A DNA stretch of 61,471 nt, the filler included. It is 12 parts of 12 records of this genome, joined end to end, with 100 filler letters (N's around TTAATTAATTAA, not from the genome) between each part and the next. Parts side by side here need not be neighbours in the genome. Positions count along the whole stretch, not along the records: positions 19,351 to 24,780 come from SRR15195285_4831; positions 24,881 to 33,776 come from SRR15195285_4832; 10 more parts are not named here. One strand, 5' to 3'. Shown piece by piece: positions 19,624-29,682 of this stretch. The notes under the pieces are model-generated. The model made no database searches. It was not told where the DNA came from and saw nothing but the letters and a program-made list of their open reading frames with translations. Each line of letters begins with the position of its first letter. The stretch's first letter is position 1. The position numbers and the translations under genes were made by a program.

Positions 19624-22079
19624 ATGGCCCCTCCGCCGCTGCCGCCCCATCTGCCAGGGCTGCTGCAGCAGCTGGAACAGCCGGCCCGCTGCCTGAGAGA
19701 CGCAGGCTGCTGCGGCCTGTGCGTGCTGAGACTCATCGGCGCGACGGAACGCGCTGGGTACCAGCAGCCGCCGCGAGTCGTGGAGCGGCTGCTGGACGAG
19801 TACCTGCTCCGCCGAATTCGGACTCTTGAGCACTGATCAGCACTGTGTTGGAACCTTGTGCTGTTTTGACTGCTGCTCAACGTGCGTGTCTACCGGAGCA
19901 GGTACGTAGGTGGACGACAAGGCGGCACGCTTAGTAGCGCTGAAGTGGCGCGGGCAGACACGGCCGCGTCCGCCGCGTCCGCCGCGACGACAGACAGGAC
20001 AATTCGCGCATTCGTTACCACGCAGGATCCTTCTCTCTTCTCCGGCGCGAAACTAGTCCAAGTTGTGGCCGCGGAACCAGAGGCGCTCGCAAAGAGTCTT
20101 GCCGGAGCGATCGGCCATCAGGGTGTGCTGCTGGACGTAAAGCTGAATGGGAAATCCGCGCTGACGTCTGCGGCAGATGTGCTTGCGTTGGGCGATAACC
20201 CGCGGCTCGAAGTCTCGCGAAGTGCGACGCCACTCCAGTCCGCCGGAGCATCCGATACTGCTGCTGCCGTTGCGCCTACGGATGAGGCAGCAAGTGGCGC
20301 TAGCCTGGAGGCGGACTTTGTCTGTTGCGCGTGCCTAGGGATTCTGCAGCATGCCTGGGCGGACTCCACTGAGATGGTTGCATCGATCCGCCGCGACGGC
20401 TGGGAGTGCCCTGCCGGCCAGCGCACAGTACTTGGGATTCAAATTCCGAGCGACGTGCTGGTGCGGCAACGTCTACTAGAAATGGTTGGGTTTCCACACG
20501 CCCCACCAGCGCGCCGGCCTGTTGAGTTAAAGGAAGCAATGCTCTGGCTATTCGAAACCGCGCTGCAGGAGGATCTGCGGTGTGAGCTGGTTCCTGCAGC
20601 AGTCCAGGAAACTAACAACTACGGTATATCGATCCTGCTTAGTTGGAAAGCCAATGCAGGAGTGCTATCCGATGCACGCCGCGTTGCCGCAAGGTATGGT
20701 AGAGCTACTCAACAACCTGGACGCAAGCGTCAGCGTTTCGAGAAGGGAAATTCTTCGCAAGTCGATACATCATGGCAAACGATTGTCAGACTGTTGACGA
20801 CCATAGACACAATGCGGATCCGTGAAGTCTGCGAATACCCTCCGCGCAAGTTGCCCAAACGCATTTCGCCGATGGAGATGAAGTTGCACCGGCCGAGTAT
20901 CTACGTCGCAGGACGGTACAAGAAATTTGAGCGCGGCCTGTCGCAGACCCCTTGGTCTTACGCTGCGCCTGGTGCGACATCCGTCCAGGAAGTCATCAGC
21001 CACGTGCTGGCGCCGTACTTCAAGCCAGACAAGGCAACTTTCACATCGGGCGGACGAGAAGATATGGATGTGCGGATGCTCGGGACGGGACGGCCATTTG
21101 CTTTCATTATGGAGAACCCGCGCGTGCTCGCGCCCTCTGTGAGCGCACAGCAGATATCCGCAGCACAGAACGACGTCAATGAACAGGCCTTGGGCAGGTA
21201 CGTACGCGAGAAGTACCGCCGTCGTTCTGTCGCGCGTAGATCGTTTCGCACGTATGGGCTACATGTGCTCTGCTCATTGTTGGTTTGCTGTCTTTTCCCG
21301 CTGTCTCTGTCTCTGAGGCTCTCCGTTTGTGTGTGAGTACGCAGGGTCGAAATCAGTTCGCTCAAGATAGTGCCCAAGGCTGAGATAGATGCTTTGAAAA
21401 GTGTGGAGGAGACAAAACGCAAAACGTACCGATGCGTGTGTTGGGTAGCCGGTGGCCCAAAAGTAGGCGTTTCGGCAGAGGATCTTGCCAGGTAAGAACT
21501 CTTCTTACAGTGATCTGATGAGTGAGAGTCCAATGCTGCTGGATTATGGACACTCGTGGATCGCCAGTCCCTCTGACTATGTGGTGCGCACCTTTTCGTG
21601 TTTTCCACTGGGACGCACACGCACGTGCGTTGAACTGGGTTGGGACAGCAAACTTGATGCCGTAACTGAACTCAAGGTCGGGCAGCGCACGCCGCTACGC
21701 GTGGCTCACCGACGCACGGGGATTGTGCGGGAGAAGGTGATCCACTCCATGTCATCCGAGATCATCTCGAGCCGCATATTCATCCTTGACATGGACACCT
21801 CTGCTGGGACATACGTAAAAGAATTCGTCCATGGCGACCTAGGTACAACCCACCATCTCTTCGCATTTACTCTTGCGCGTGGCGTTTGTCAGTTTTCAGC
21901 ATGATGTTCCGAATTTTGCACACAAGGCATCGTGCGCTCGGAGATGAATCGTGTCCTTCGAACACTGCTGAAGGTGATGTGTGTCGACAGGGAGGACGTA
22001 TCCGAACGTTGGGTCCTTGCTGGGCGTGCCTGTTGACATACTGCAGCTTGACGTTCTTAGCATTGAATATGCTGCGTAA
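19624..22079 (+). CDS. PUS10: tRNA pseudouridine synthase Pus10, multi-exon
   Basis: N-terminal CCGLC and CCACLGIL; GRYKKFERGLSQTPW; GREDMDVRMLGTGRPF (catalytic Asp); QRTPLRVAHRR; AGTYVKEFVHGDL|GRTYPNVGSLLG..DILQLDV. Confidence 0.93.
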
Positions 22080-22392
22080 CTGTGGGTGTGCAGACGAGAA
22101 TCAGCAACTGTGAACCACCCAATGGAATCCTGCTGCAGAGCACTAGCTTCAGGCTCGTACCCATGCTCCTCTAGCCGCGCGCGCGAACATGCCTAGCTAG
22201 GAGACTAAGACTCTAGCCTATGCGCTTGGAACCGAGGTGCTGATGAGCGCGCGGCAACAGCAGTCTCTGGTCTGGGTTAAGACGGGTGCTGGACAGACGC
22301 GGCGTCATTACGCCATACCACTAGTGTTGCATCTCCATTCTCTGTCTCAACGAAGACTACTGGCGAGGCGCCCGAACACTCTGAGCAATGGC

Positions 22393-24751
22393 TCATTCAT
22401 CCTTGAACGTCGAGACTGTCTCAGACACATACGGGAAGTACTCCCGCCGCCCCTCCAGCATCCCACCTTCGGACTCACCACCCTTGTCTGCTTCGGTCTC
22501 GTAAAGCTTCGCCAGCTCTGTACGCACCTTGGACTCCTGTTTCGGTCTCGGCTCCACGACATATGCTACGAACTCAGGGTTGCCGCTGCCATCCAGGCCG
22601 TAACGCAGGACAGCCTCAATGAAGACGATGATGGCCTTCAAGTGCGTGTAGTTGATGTACGCTTCCGAGAAGACTGCCTCGATCCACTTGGCCAGGCGAG
22701 CCTCTTCCTGCTTCTTCTCGGCGTCCAGCTCGTTAAGGCGCTTCTTCGCTGCTTCAGCTGCCTCCGGGTCCCACTCAACCTCGTCGCGGAACTGCCACCG
22801 GTTCTCGCGCAATGCCTGGAGCAGATCGGTTTTGGGTGTGCCCGACAAGCCTCCGGGCCTGTCGCCCTCCATGCTCGAGTCGTTCAGAACCCAGACAACA
22901 TACAGACAGAACTGATCGTCCTCGTTCAACATCTTGATCGACCCGTCAGGCTTTTGCGGATATATGATCGCCGGAGAAATGCGTCCGATCAACGCCTCGA
23001 AGTTGTCCTTCTCACCCTTCTGGATCACGCAGAACACCGACGAGCAGTACTCCGAGCCGCGGTTCTCGATGAAGTGACCTTCGTCGACGATCGGCGGAAC
23101 TAGATCTGCAGACATCAGGTTGCCGCTGCAACATGACACACGACCTGTAAGTGCATTATACAGCGCCTTGGTACAGCCACCTGATCCCGCTCGTGGAGAT
23201 GCGGACACTCCATTCGCAATTGGAAACAGAGAGCTGACTGCCTGGCTAGTTGCTCAACACGACGCACGTCTGGCGAGCGTTCATGCCGTTGAGTTCGCCC
23301 GATAGCTTCGTGTACGCCGAAATCTTCTGCTGGAGCGTATCTGCATACTTTGCCATATTCTGCCAGCAAGAAACCACTCCTTTCAGTAAGGTTGTCCTGA
23401 ACGCTGACACCCGTCCCGAACTCGTCGGCCTGTGTGATATTCGAGAGACTGCAGCGTACGCACCGCCACGATGCCATCAACCGATTCACGTAGGGAGGCT
23501 TGGACAGGAAATTTGTCATCGGCCCAAACAAAAGAGCGGGCAAAGTCGTCGAGTCGCTGGTCACCCGACGCCCCGCCTCTAATTATGATCGCCTCTCCCA
23601 CATCCTTGTTCGTCTTCAGCCTGTGGAGCGCGCCACGGTGTGAATCAAGCTGCGCGGCTAGTGCTGATTCGAAGGGGTGACCGGTGGTTGCTTCAGCATA
23701 GCCGCCGCCGATGCCGGCCGGCCAGCGCTGAATTGTGAAGAAGAAAAGGGGGGCGGGGAGGAGATTGCGGAGGTGCGGGGGAGGGGGTGTGTCGAGCGCC
23801 GAAGCACTCACTTGCTGTCCAGCAGCTGCTTGTGCAAGCGAGCGGTTGTCGACTCGACCGTCGAAGCGACCTTCTCCAGGTCATCACTCAGCTGCACGAG
23901 CTTGTCGTACGTCCCGATCTTCAGCTGGTGGAGCTTCCCGGACGTCTCAAAACTGCGCCCGATCCCAACGCAAACACCCGGACAGTCAGAACACACGGCC
24001 GCCCTCATCCCTGAACGGTCCAGCCCCCTCAGAAACAGTGAACCCCTGGCTGAAAACGCCCGCCGCCAGCCTGGCTCCGACCGTTTTGAGGCAACCCCCA
24101 AACCCGCTTAGGAACGCCGCCAAGCACCGCTGCTCAAGCACGTGCTCTCCAGCGGTGCCACGCCGCTCAGGCGGCGGTGGTACAGATGTGTGGCGAGTTC
24201 CCCTTCCCTAAACGCCCCCGTATTAACCACTCCTGTGATGTGTGAAGTCCTTACGCGGTGACCCTCGGACAGATTCTTAGGCAGGGGTGGACGGATAGAC
24301 AGACGCAGAGATAGGGGCAGAGGCAGACAGACAAGGGAGGAACAGAGAGGGGGAGGCTGCTCCCAACTACGTAGATCTAGTCGCAGTATGAGTGGCAAGT
24401 CCCCCTCAACGCCATCGTATCCCCCACACCCTGGGCAACCCACTCGGTGACGCTCATTCCGATACCATAGCCAGCCAGCCAAGCAGAGAGACCGACCGAC
24501 ACAGAGGGGCAAGAGAGACACAGGGGGCCATGCAAGGAGGAGCGCCGGGGACCCTCGTCATTCAAGGACCATGTTCCCCCCGGAGGCCTCGACACAAGCC
24601 CTCCTCACACCCACACCCCAGGGGGGAGCCTCCTCTCCTCCAAGACTTACTCGGTGACGGTCGCCAGCTCGTCCAAGGCGTTCCGCCCCACCGTCCCCGG
24701 GTGCAGCGGCTTCTTCTTCGGCACCGCCACGATGAAGGGGCATGCCGCCAT
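22393..24751 (-). CDS. ATP6V1C: V-type proton ATPase subunit C, multi-exon; internal exon boundaries partly unresolved
   Basis: LKIGTYDKLVQLSDDLEK; FVWADDKFP; FSEAYINYTHLKAIIVFIEAVLRYGL; EYFPYV; probable first exon MAACPFIVAVP at 24751-24651. Confidence 0.85.
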
Positions 24752-24772
24752 CTCAGAGGGTGGGTTGGATTC
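24750..24772. repeat. 23-bp motif at contig end shared with 38956-38978
   Basis: ATCTCAGAGGGTGGGTTGGATTC identical in both places. Confidence 0.75.
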
Positions 24773-24780
24773 GTTGGGAG

Positions 24781-24880
24781 NNNNNNNNNNNNNNNNNNNN
24801 NNNNNNNNNNNNNNNNNNNNNNNNTTAATTAATTAANNNNNNNNNNNNNNNNNNNNNNNNNNNNNNNNNNNNNNNNNNNN
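24781..24880. other. Artificial contig linker
   Basis: N44-TTAATTAATTAA-N44. Confidence 0.99.
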
Positions 24881-25084
24881 AAGAAAGTTCCCGGCCGGAT
24901 CCGGATCTACTCCCTCGCTCGCGCGAGCGCGGCGTAGCTGCTGTTCCGCGGACGTGCCTGTTCCCCGCGCGGGCGCGCGGTTCGCGAGGGTACGTACTCG
25001 AGTACGTGCTGCGGTGACCGGCGGCCGCCGGACGACGCTGGAATCCGGTCCTGCAAGGTTGTGGCACTGTCTAGCGGAACAGGA

Positions 25085-27416
25085 ATGGGCGAGCCATTCA
25101 TCGGCCATGGCGCCGTCGACATATCGGTCGAGACGCAAGTGGAGCCAACGGCGGTCGATGCTGGCGCCATCGTGGCGAAGCAGCACGGTGGGGGCTCGAC
25201 ACACAAAGCGGTCAAACAGCTCCACCACGATCTGAAGGAGCAGCAGCCTGACGACATCGGCATCAAAGGTGCAGTGAGTATGGCCTATATCAGACATCGC
25301 TGCTTGGTCCGAGACTCACCAGGGTCTACTGCTGTGCTGGCTTCTTGCATAATTATACGTATACCGTGTGCTGCCTTGGTCACGCGTCAGATTGCCCTCG
25401 CGGAGGCAGAGGAGTCAACTCCGGGAACACCAGCACCGACAACCACAACGGATCCAGCCACAGCAGCGCCCGTACCATTGGTTACCTCAGCACCTATGTC
25501 GCCGTCAGCTTTACAAATAGCAGCGTCGGCAAGAGTCCCAAGTGCAGCAAGTGGCAGCATGAGCTTGCAGGCCGACCTCGACGAGCTACATGAGGAGCTG
25601 TTGACCCTGCCTGGCCCTGTCCTACCTGACGACGCGACTGGTATCCGTCCACTGAGTGCTGCCAGCAGCAGTGACTCGTGGGCCAAGCGCCATCAGCGCC
25701 AGCTAACTGGGCTGCTAGCGCTGTGTCCTCTAGCCGTAGTGGCTGCCGGTATCAGCTGGATCGGGATCACTTCACTTCCGTCGTCAGCCATGCCATCTCC
25801 ATCCCCATCGCCTCCTCCTCGTGACAATGCGTTGCCACGGGCACTCACGATCCAAGATGGTCAATTCTACACCAAGCCGATCGCTGGAGCAGCTACAGGC
25901 ACTCCTGTGCTACTGATGGGGACAAATGTTGTGATGAAGGGGCATCCTTGGCTGCCGGACTCCAATGGCACCAGCGGCTGCGCTGAGCCACCGCACTGCG
26001 ATGATATGCACGGCTGCACAATCACCTGCACGACCTTCAATGCCGCTGATGGGCAGAATCTCAAGCGACAAGGATACAACTTCGTGCGACTGGGAGTGAT
26101 CTGGGCAGGGGCACAGCCCCACGGGCCACACACAGCTCTAGACAGTGGGTGGGTGCACCGGTTGCACGGAATCCTGGAGGTTTGTGCAGCCGCCAAGATC
26201 TATGTAATTTTAGATCTGCATCAGGATGCTCTTGGGACCGCCCTCTGTGGTGAGGGAGTGCCCATGTGGCTCAGTCAGCTTGCGACGCCGGACCTGGTTG
26301 GTCAGCCACTCCAAGGAGTCCCTAGTTCTGAGCTCGGCACTGTGTACACGCCTGCGTTCCTCAACGTCAGCGGTGGTGGCGTGAGCCCGACAGATCCTAC
26401 CGGATCATCAGGTTGGCCAACGCAGCGCGATGGAAGTTGCGGGCCGAGCATTGCCGCTACCGGTGAGAACAGCTGGGCAGAGCATGCTGCTCAACCAGAC
26501 TACAACACCCAGAATCCGTGCTGCCGCAAGCTCAATGGCCGGAGCACGCAGGCTGATGCCCCACAGTGGGCAGACTTGCTCGTTACACTAAACGCAAACC
26601 GCACGATGGAGTATCTACTCCACGGTGAAGGACAAGCGCACTACGCACGTTTCACTGGCTTGCTAGCTAAAGTGGTGGCGCAATATCCATTTGCAGTCGG
26701 GATTGAGCTGTTCAATGAGCCACCGACGTTGGACATCAGTGGTCTGTTCACGCTCTATGAGGCATGCTACCGGAGCATCCGCGCGGTGAACCCGACATTG
26801 GCAGTGGGTGTGATGCACCCGGGGCAGATTGCCGTCCCTCTAGGTGCAGATCGTCACGGTCAAGCAGGTCTGTCGGCTGAGAATATCGTGTGGCTAAATG
26901 CGCCATCGACGAAGCATCTCTTCTACGCCCTGCATTGGTACGGCAATGATGAGGATGGCGATGCATCCCACGCGATGGGCGACGCTCTGGGCTTCAGCAA
27001 GCCGTTTGGTATGGCTGTACTGTTGACGGAGTATGATCCGCATGACTGCGCAACGATGGACGCGGCTCATCAATTAGGGATTGGGTCGGCGTGGTGGCAC
27101 TACGCGAACTGTGAGTTTCTGTACAGCATATTGAGTCTACAGCTACACAGCAGCGCAACGATGCTGCGACTCGTTATGCTTTGAGCTGTAGTCAGTAACC
27201 CAACCTGAACGGTTTGCATTGTTGTCGCCGTCTATGTATACACTCGCAATGGTTTGCTCTTTTTTCGCTACGTTGCCTGGTCACATTCGGTGTGCAGACT
27301 GCGATACGTGTGAGACATGCACGGCAGTGCGGCCAGGAGAAACGTTCGGTGCGTGCATCACTGGGTGGGGATGGGGCTTTGCAACGCACAACTGCAGCGC
27401 AAGAGAAGTAGGCTAG
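25085..27416 (+). CDS. GH5 glycoside hydrolase, endoglycoceramidase-like, type II membrane topology, 3 exons
   Basis: TM LTGLLALCPLAVVAAGISWIGI; GTNVVMK, NFVRLGVIW, LDLHQD, GEGVP, ELFNEP (acid/base), LHWY, LTEY (nucleophile); introns 25274-25390 and 27110-27297. Confidence 0.85.
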
Positions 27417-27720
27417 GTAGCGCCACCATAATTATTGTGTCAGCTGCGCTTGGCTATGGGGGACCTCAGTTAATAAAGCCTTAATGTCATCGTCACTGCC
27501 ATGCACCACATTGGCCGGAGAGGCCTCAACCCTCGGAGGATGGCGCCATTTCGGCCATTTGCGATCTGGAACCAGTTCGTGGCGGTCGATACTAGACTTA
27601 GCGAGCTTTGGGTGCCGAATTCGACAAATCAATTACCACAAACGCCGGCCGCATTCGTAGTCGCAACCGACAGTCACGAATTATCTGGCGAATTTCGACA
27701 TTTTCGCCTATTTTCGCCTC

Positions 27721-27811
27721 GACAACGGGCATAAGGCCTCATGCCCGTTGTCGCGAAACGCGTTTACGCGCATGCCTTATGCCCGTTGTCACGAAACGCG
27801 TTTACGCGCAT
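27721..27811. repeat. 32-bp near-perfect palindrome plus two tandem ~38-bp units
   Basis: GACAACGGGCATAAGGCCTCATGCCCGTTGTC, then ATGCCCGTTGTC(G/A)CGAAACGCGTTTACGCGCAT twice. Confidence 0.85.
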
Positions 27812-28520
27812 ATGAACACATACTGGTAGAATACGGTATTGACACACGTCTTCGCCCTAGCTAGTATGCCCGACCTACACCTACCCTAGTATGCCCTATT
27901 CCAACTTGGGGTATAAGGCCTTGGTCGGCGTGTTGCTATGGGGCACTAGAGTTAGCACGATCGAAGAAGTGGACCCGCGCCCGCTGCGCGGAGACATTCA
28001 GCCACACGGTGCAACGGGTGAAGTTCCGGGTCCAAGTCGTCGCGTCCAATCGTTGCGGCGCTCCACACGGGGCTCCATAAACCTCGTTGTGCAGCTGTGG
28101 CACTCAAAACCGTGCAGATGAGGCAGGGCTCGTCCCGGTCGGGCTGTGGATTGGCTCGGGCCTCTGGTTTTGCGTCCTGGGCTTTGAAATACGCGTTGTC
28201 GTCGTGCCGTCCTTCATAATCAGCCTGTTATGCCCAGCGGGCCGACAGATCTTCTTTGTGGTCCTTCAAGTAGCTCGTACATAGAAATCGTGTAGGCCTT
28301 ATGCCCTGTGTCAGCCTCGGCCGTTTTTCAGCCGTTTTTCGTCCAGATGGAGCGCTACCCCCTAAAACGGTAGACTGGAATCGGTAGGCATGGCCTCCGC
28401 AGGCCCTACTGACCAGCCGTGGCCAAGTTTGGACGCCGTTTTAGGGGAGAAATAATTCTAATCATAGTATTGTGATCTAGAGGTAGCTCTGTGCGAAAGT
28501 CTGACAGTTTGAAATGGCAG

Positions 28521-28795
28521 GCGTACCATGGGCTGGCGAGGGCAGTTGTCATGACGAACTCTGTGGCGGCGTTGCCATCTCATGAACGTGCATTGCTCTC
28601 GGAGAGGAAATTGACCTAGATACTTTCGTGACTGGGCTGACCGGCGAAGACACCGCTGACAACGATATTGTGGTCCAGGCGTCGTCGCCAGGGCTGGGCA
28701 GTGCCAACCTTACGATACCTGTGTCGATAGATGCGCGTATGGACTCTGTGCTAGCGACGGCCGCATTATCCGTAGGAAAACCCGTACATCTATAG
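28521..28795 (+). pseudogene. C-terminal fragment of a GH2 (beta-galactosidase-type) gene with frameshift
   Basis: After a CAG acceptor: AYHGLARAVV..., frameshift near 28603, then EEIDLD...IVVQASSPGLGSANLTIPVS...stop; no upstream catalytic exons. Confidence 0.6.
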
Positions 28796-29158
28796 AATGA
28801 CTAGAGTGCACCGCATGCATTAAGGTCGCTTCGCTTCGCGCTTCTCAAGCTGGGTGAACTAGCGCTAGAATCCAATACATCTGAAATTATAAAATGCGGC
28901 CACCTTGACGACAAGGCGCTCTGAATAACCCAAGTGTCCCAGCTGTTGGGCGAAACTTTTTAGTTGCACGGGAGATTGTCCGCACACAATCATGCTCTCT
29001 GGGGCTGCACCGTTGACACCAGCCTATGCGTTGCCCCGCGTGACGTCAGCTCCTTCTTAATTCGCTGGACGTCTGCCTTCGGCTCCTACTACTTCGTTTT
29101 CAGGTACAGCTCCTGAAGCTCGTCATCAGTCTCCTCTCCGTCACTGCTGTCGCTGCAG

Positions 29159-29383
29159 CCGCAAGACGTGAAGAAGCGGATGGAGTCACTCATCGATCGA
29201 GAGTACACTAAACGTGCAAATCAAAAGTGCGGAGCGGAGCGGTTGCTCGTCGCATCACCTGTGCTGCGTATGCTCCTAGTGCTGGCGTGCGATTGGAATC
29301 TTGGCCCAGCCACTTTAACGCTCAATGTTGTCTTACCATTTGTATTGTGCGCTATATGCAGCACGTATCACTACCTTGCTTGA
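29159..29383 (+). pseudogene. Orphan cullin C-terminal (winged-helix) fragment, two exons
   Basis: PQDVKKRMESLIDREYTKRANQN|TYHYLA* matches the cullin tail KKRIESLIDREY...Y.YLA; intron 29227-29361; no upstream cullin exons seen. Confidence 0.75.
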
Positions 29384-29682
29384 TGATTGAGCTTCATGGT
29401 GCAGTTCCACAAGTTCATGAAGTTTCATGCGTGTGCAAGGTCAACACGTCGGGCTGTGGTTCAAGCAGAACAAGGGGTATTGGCACTGGTCCTACCAGCG
29501 CTAGCATGGGCGTTCGCAGCGCAAAGATTGAGTAATCAAAAGTGAGAGAGTGGGCAGAACTGATGTATGCCAAACAATGTGCTTCATTGCGTGGATCAGC
29601 AGAGATTTTTTGTTCGCTAGTCGAAACCTTCGTACCAATGGGTAGGGTCGAATTTGCTCCAATCATCGATCCGATTGTACAC

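Noticed and set aside
22237-23103. Long antisense ORFs (also 16049-16753, 18240-19022, 52217-53107 and many others)
   Set aside because: Shadows of real genes on the opposite strand in GC-rich DNA; no recognisable motifs
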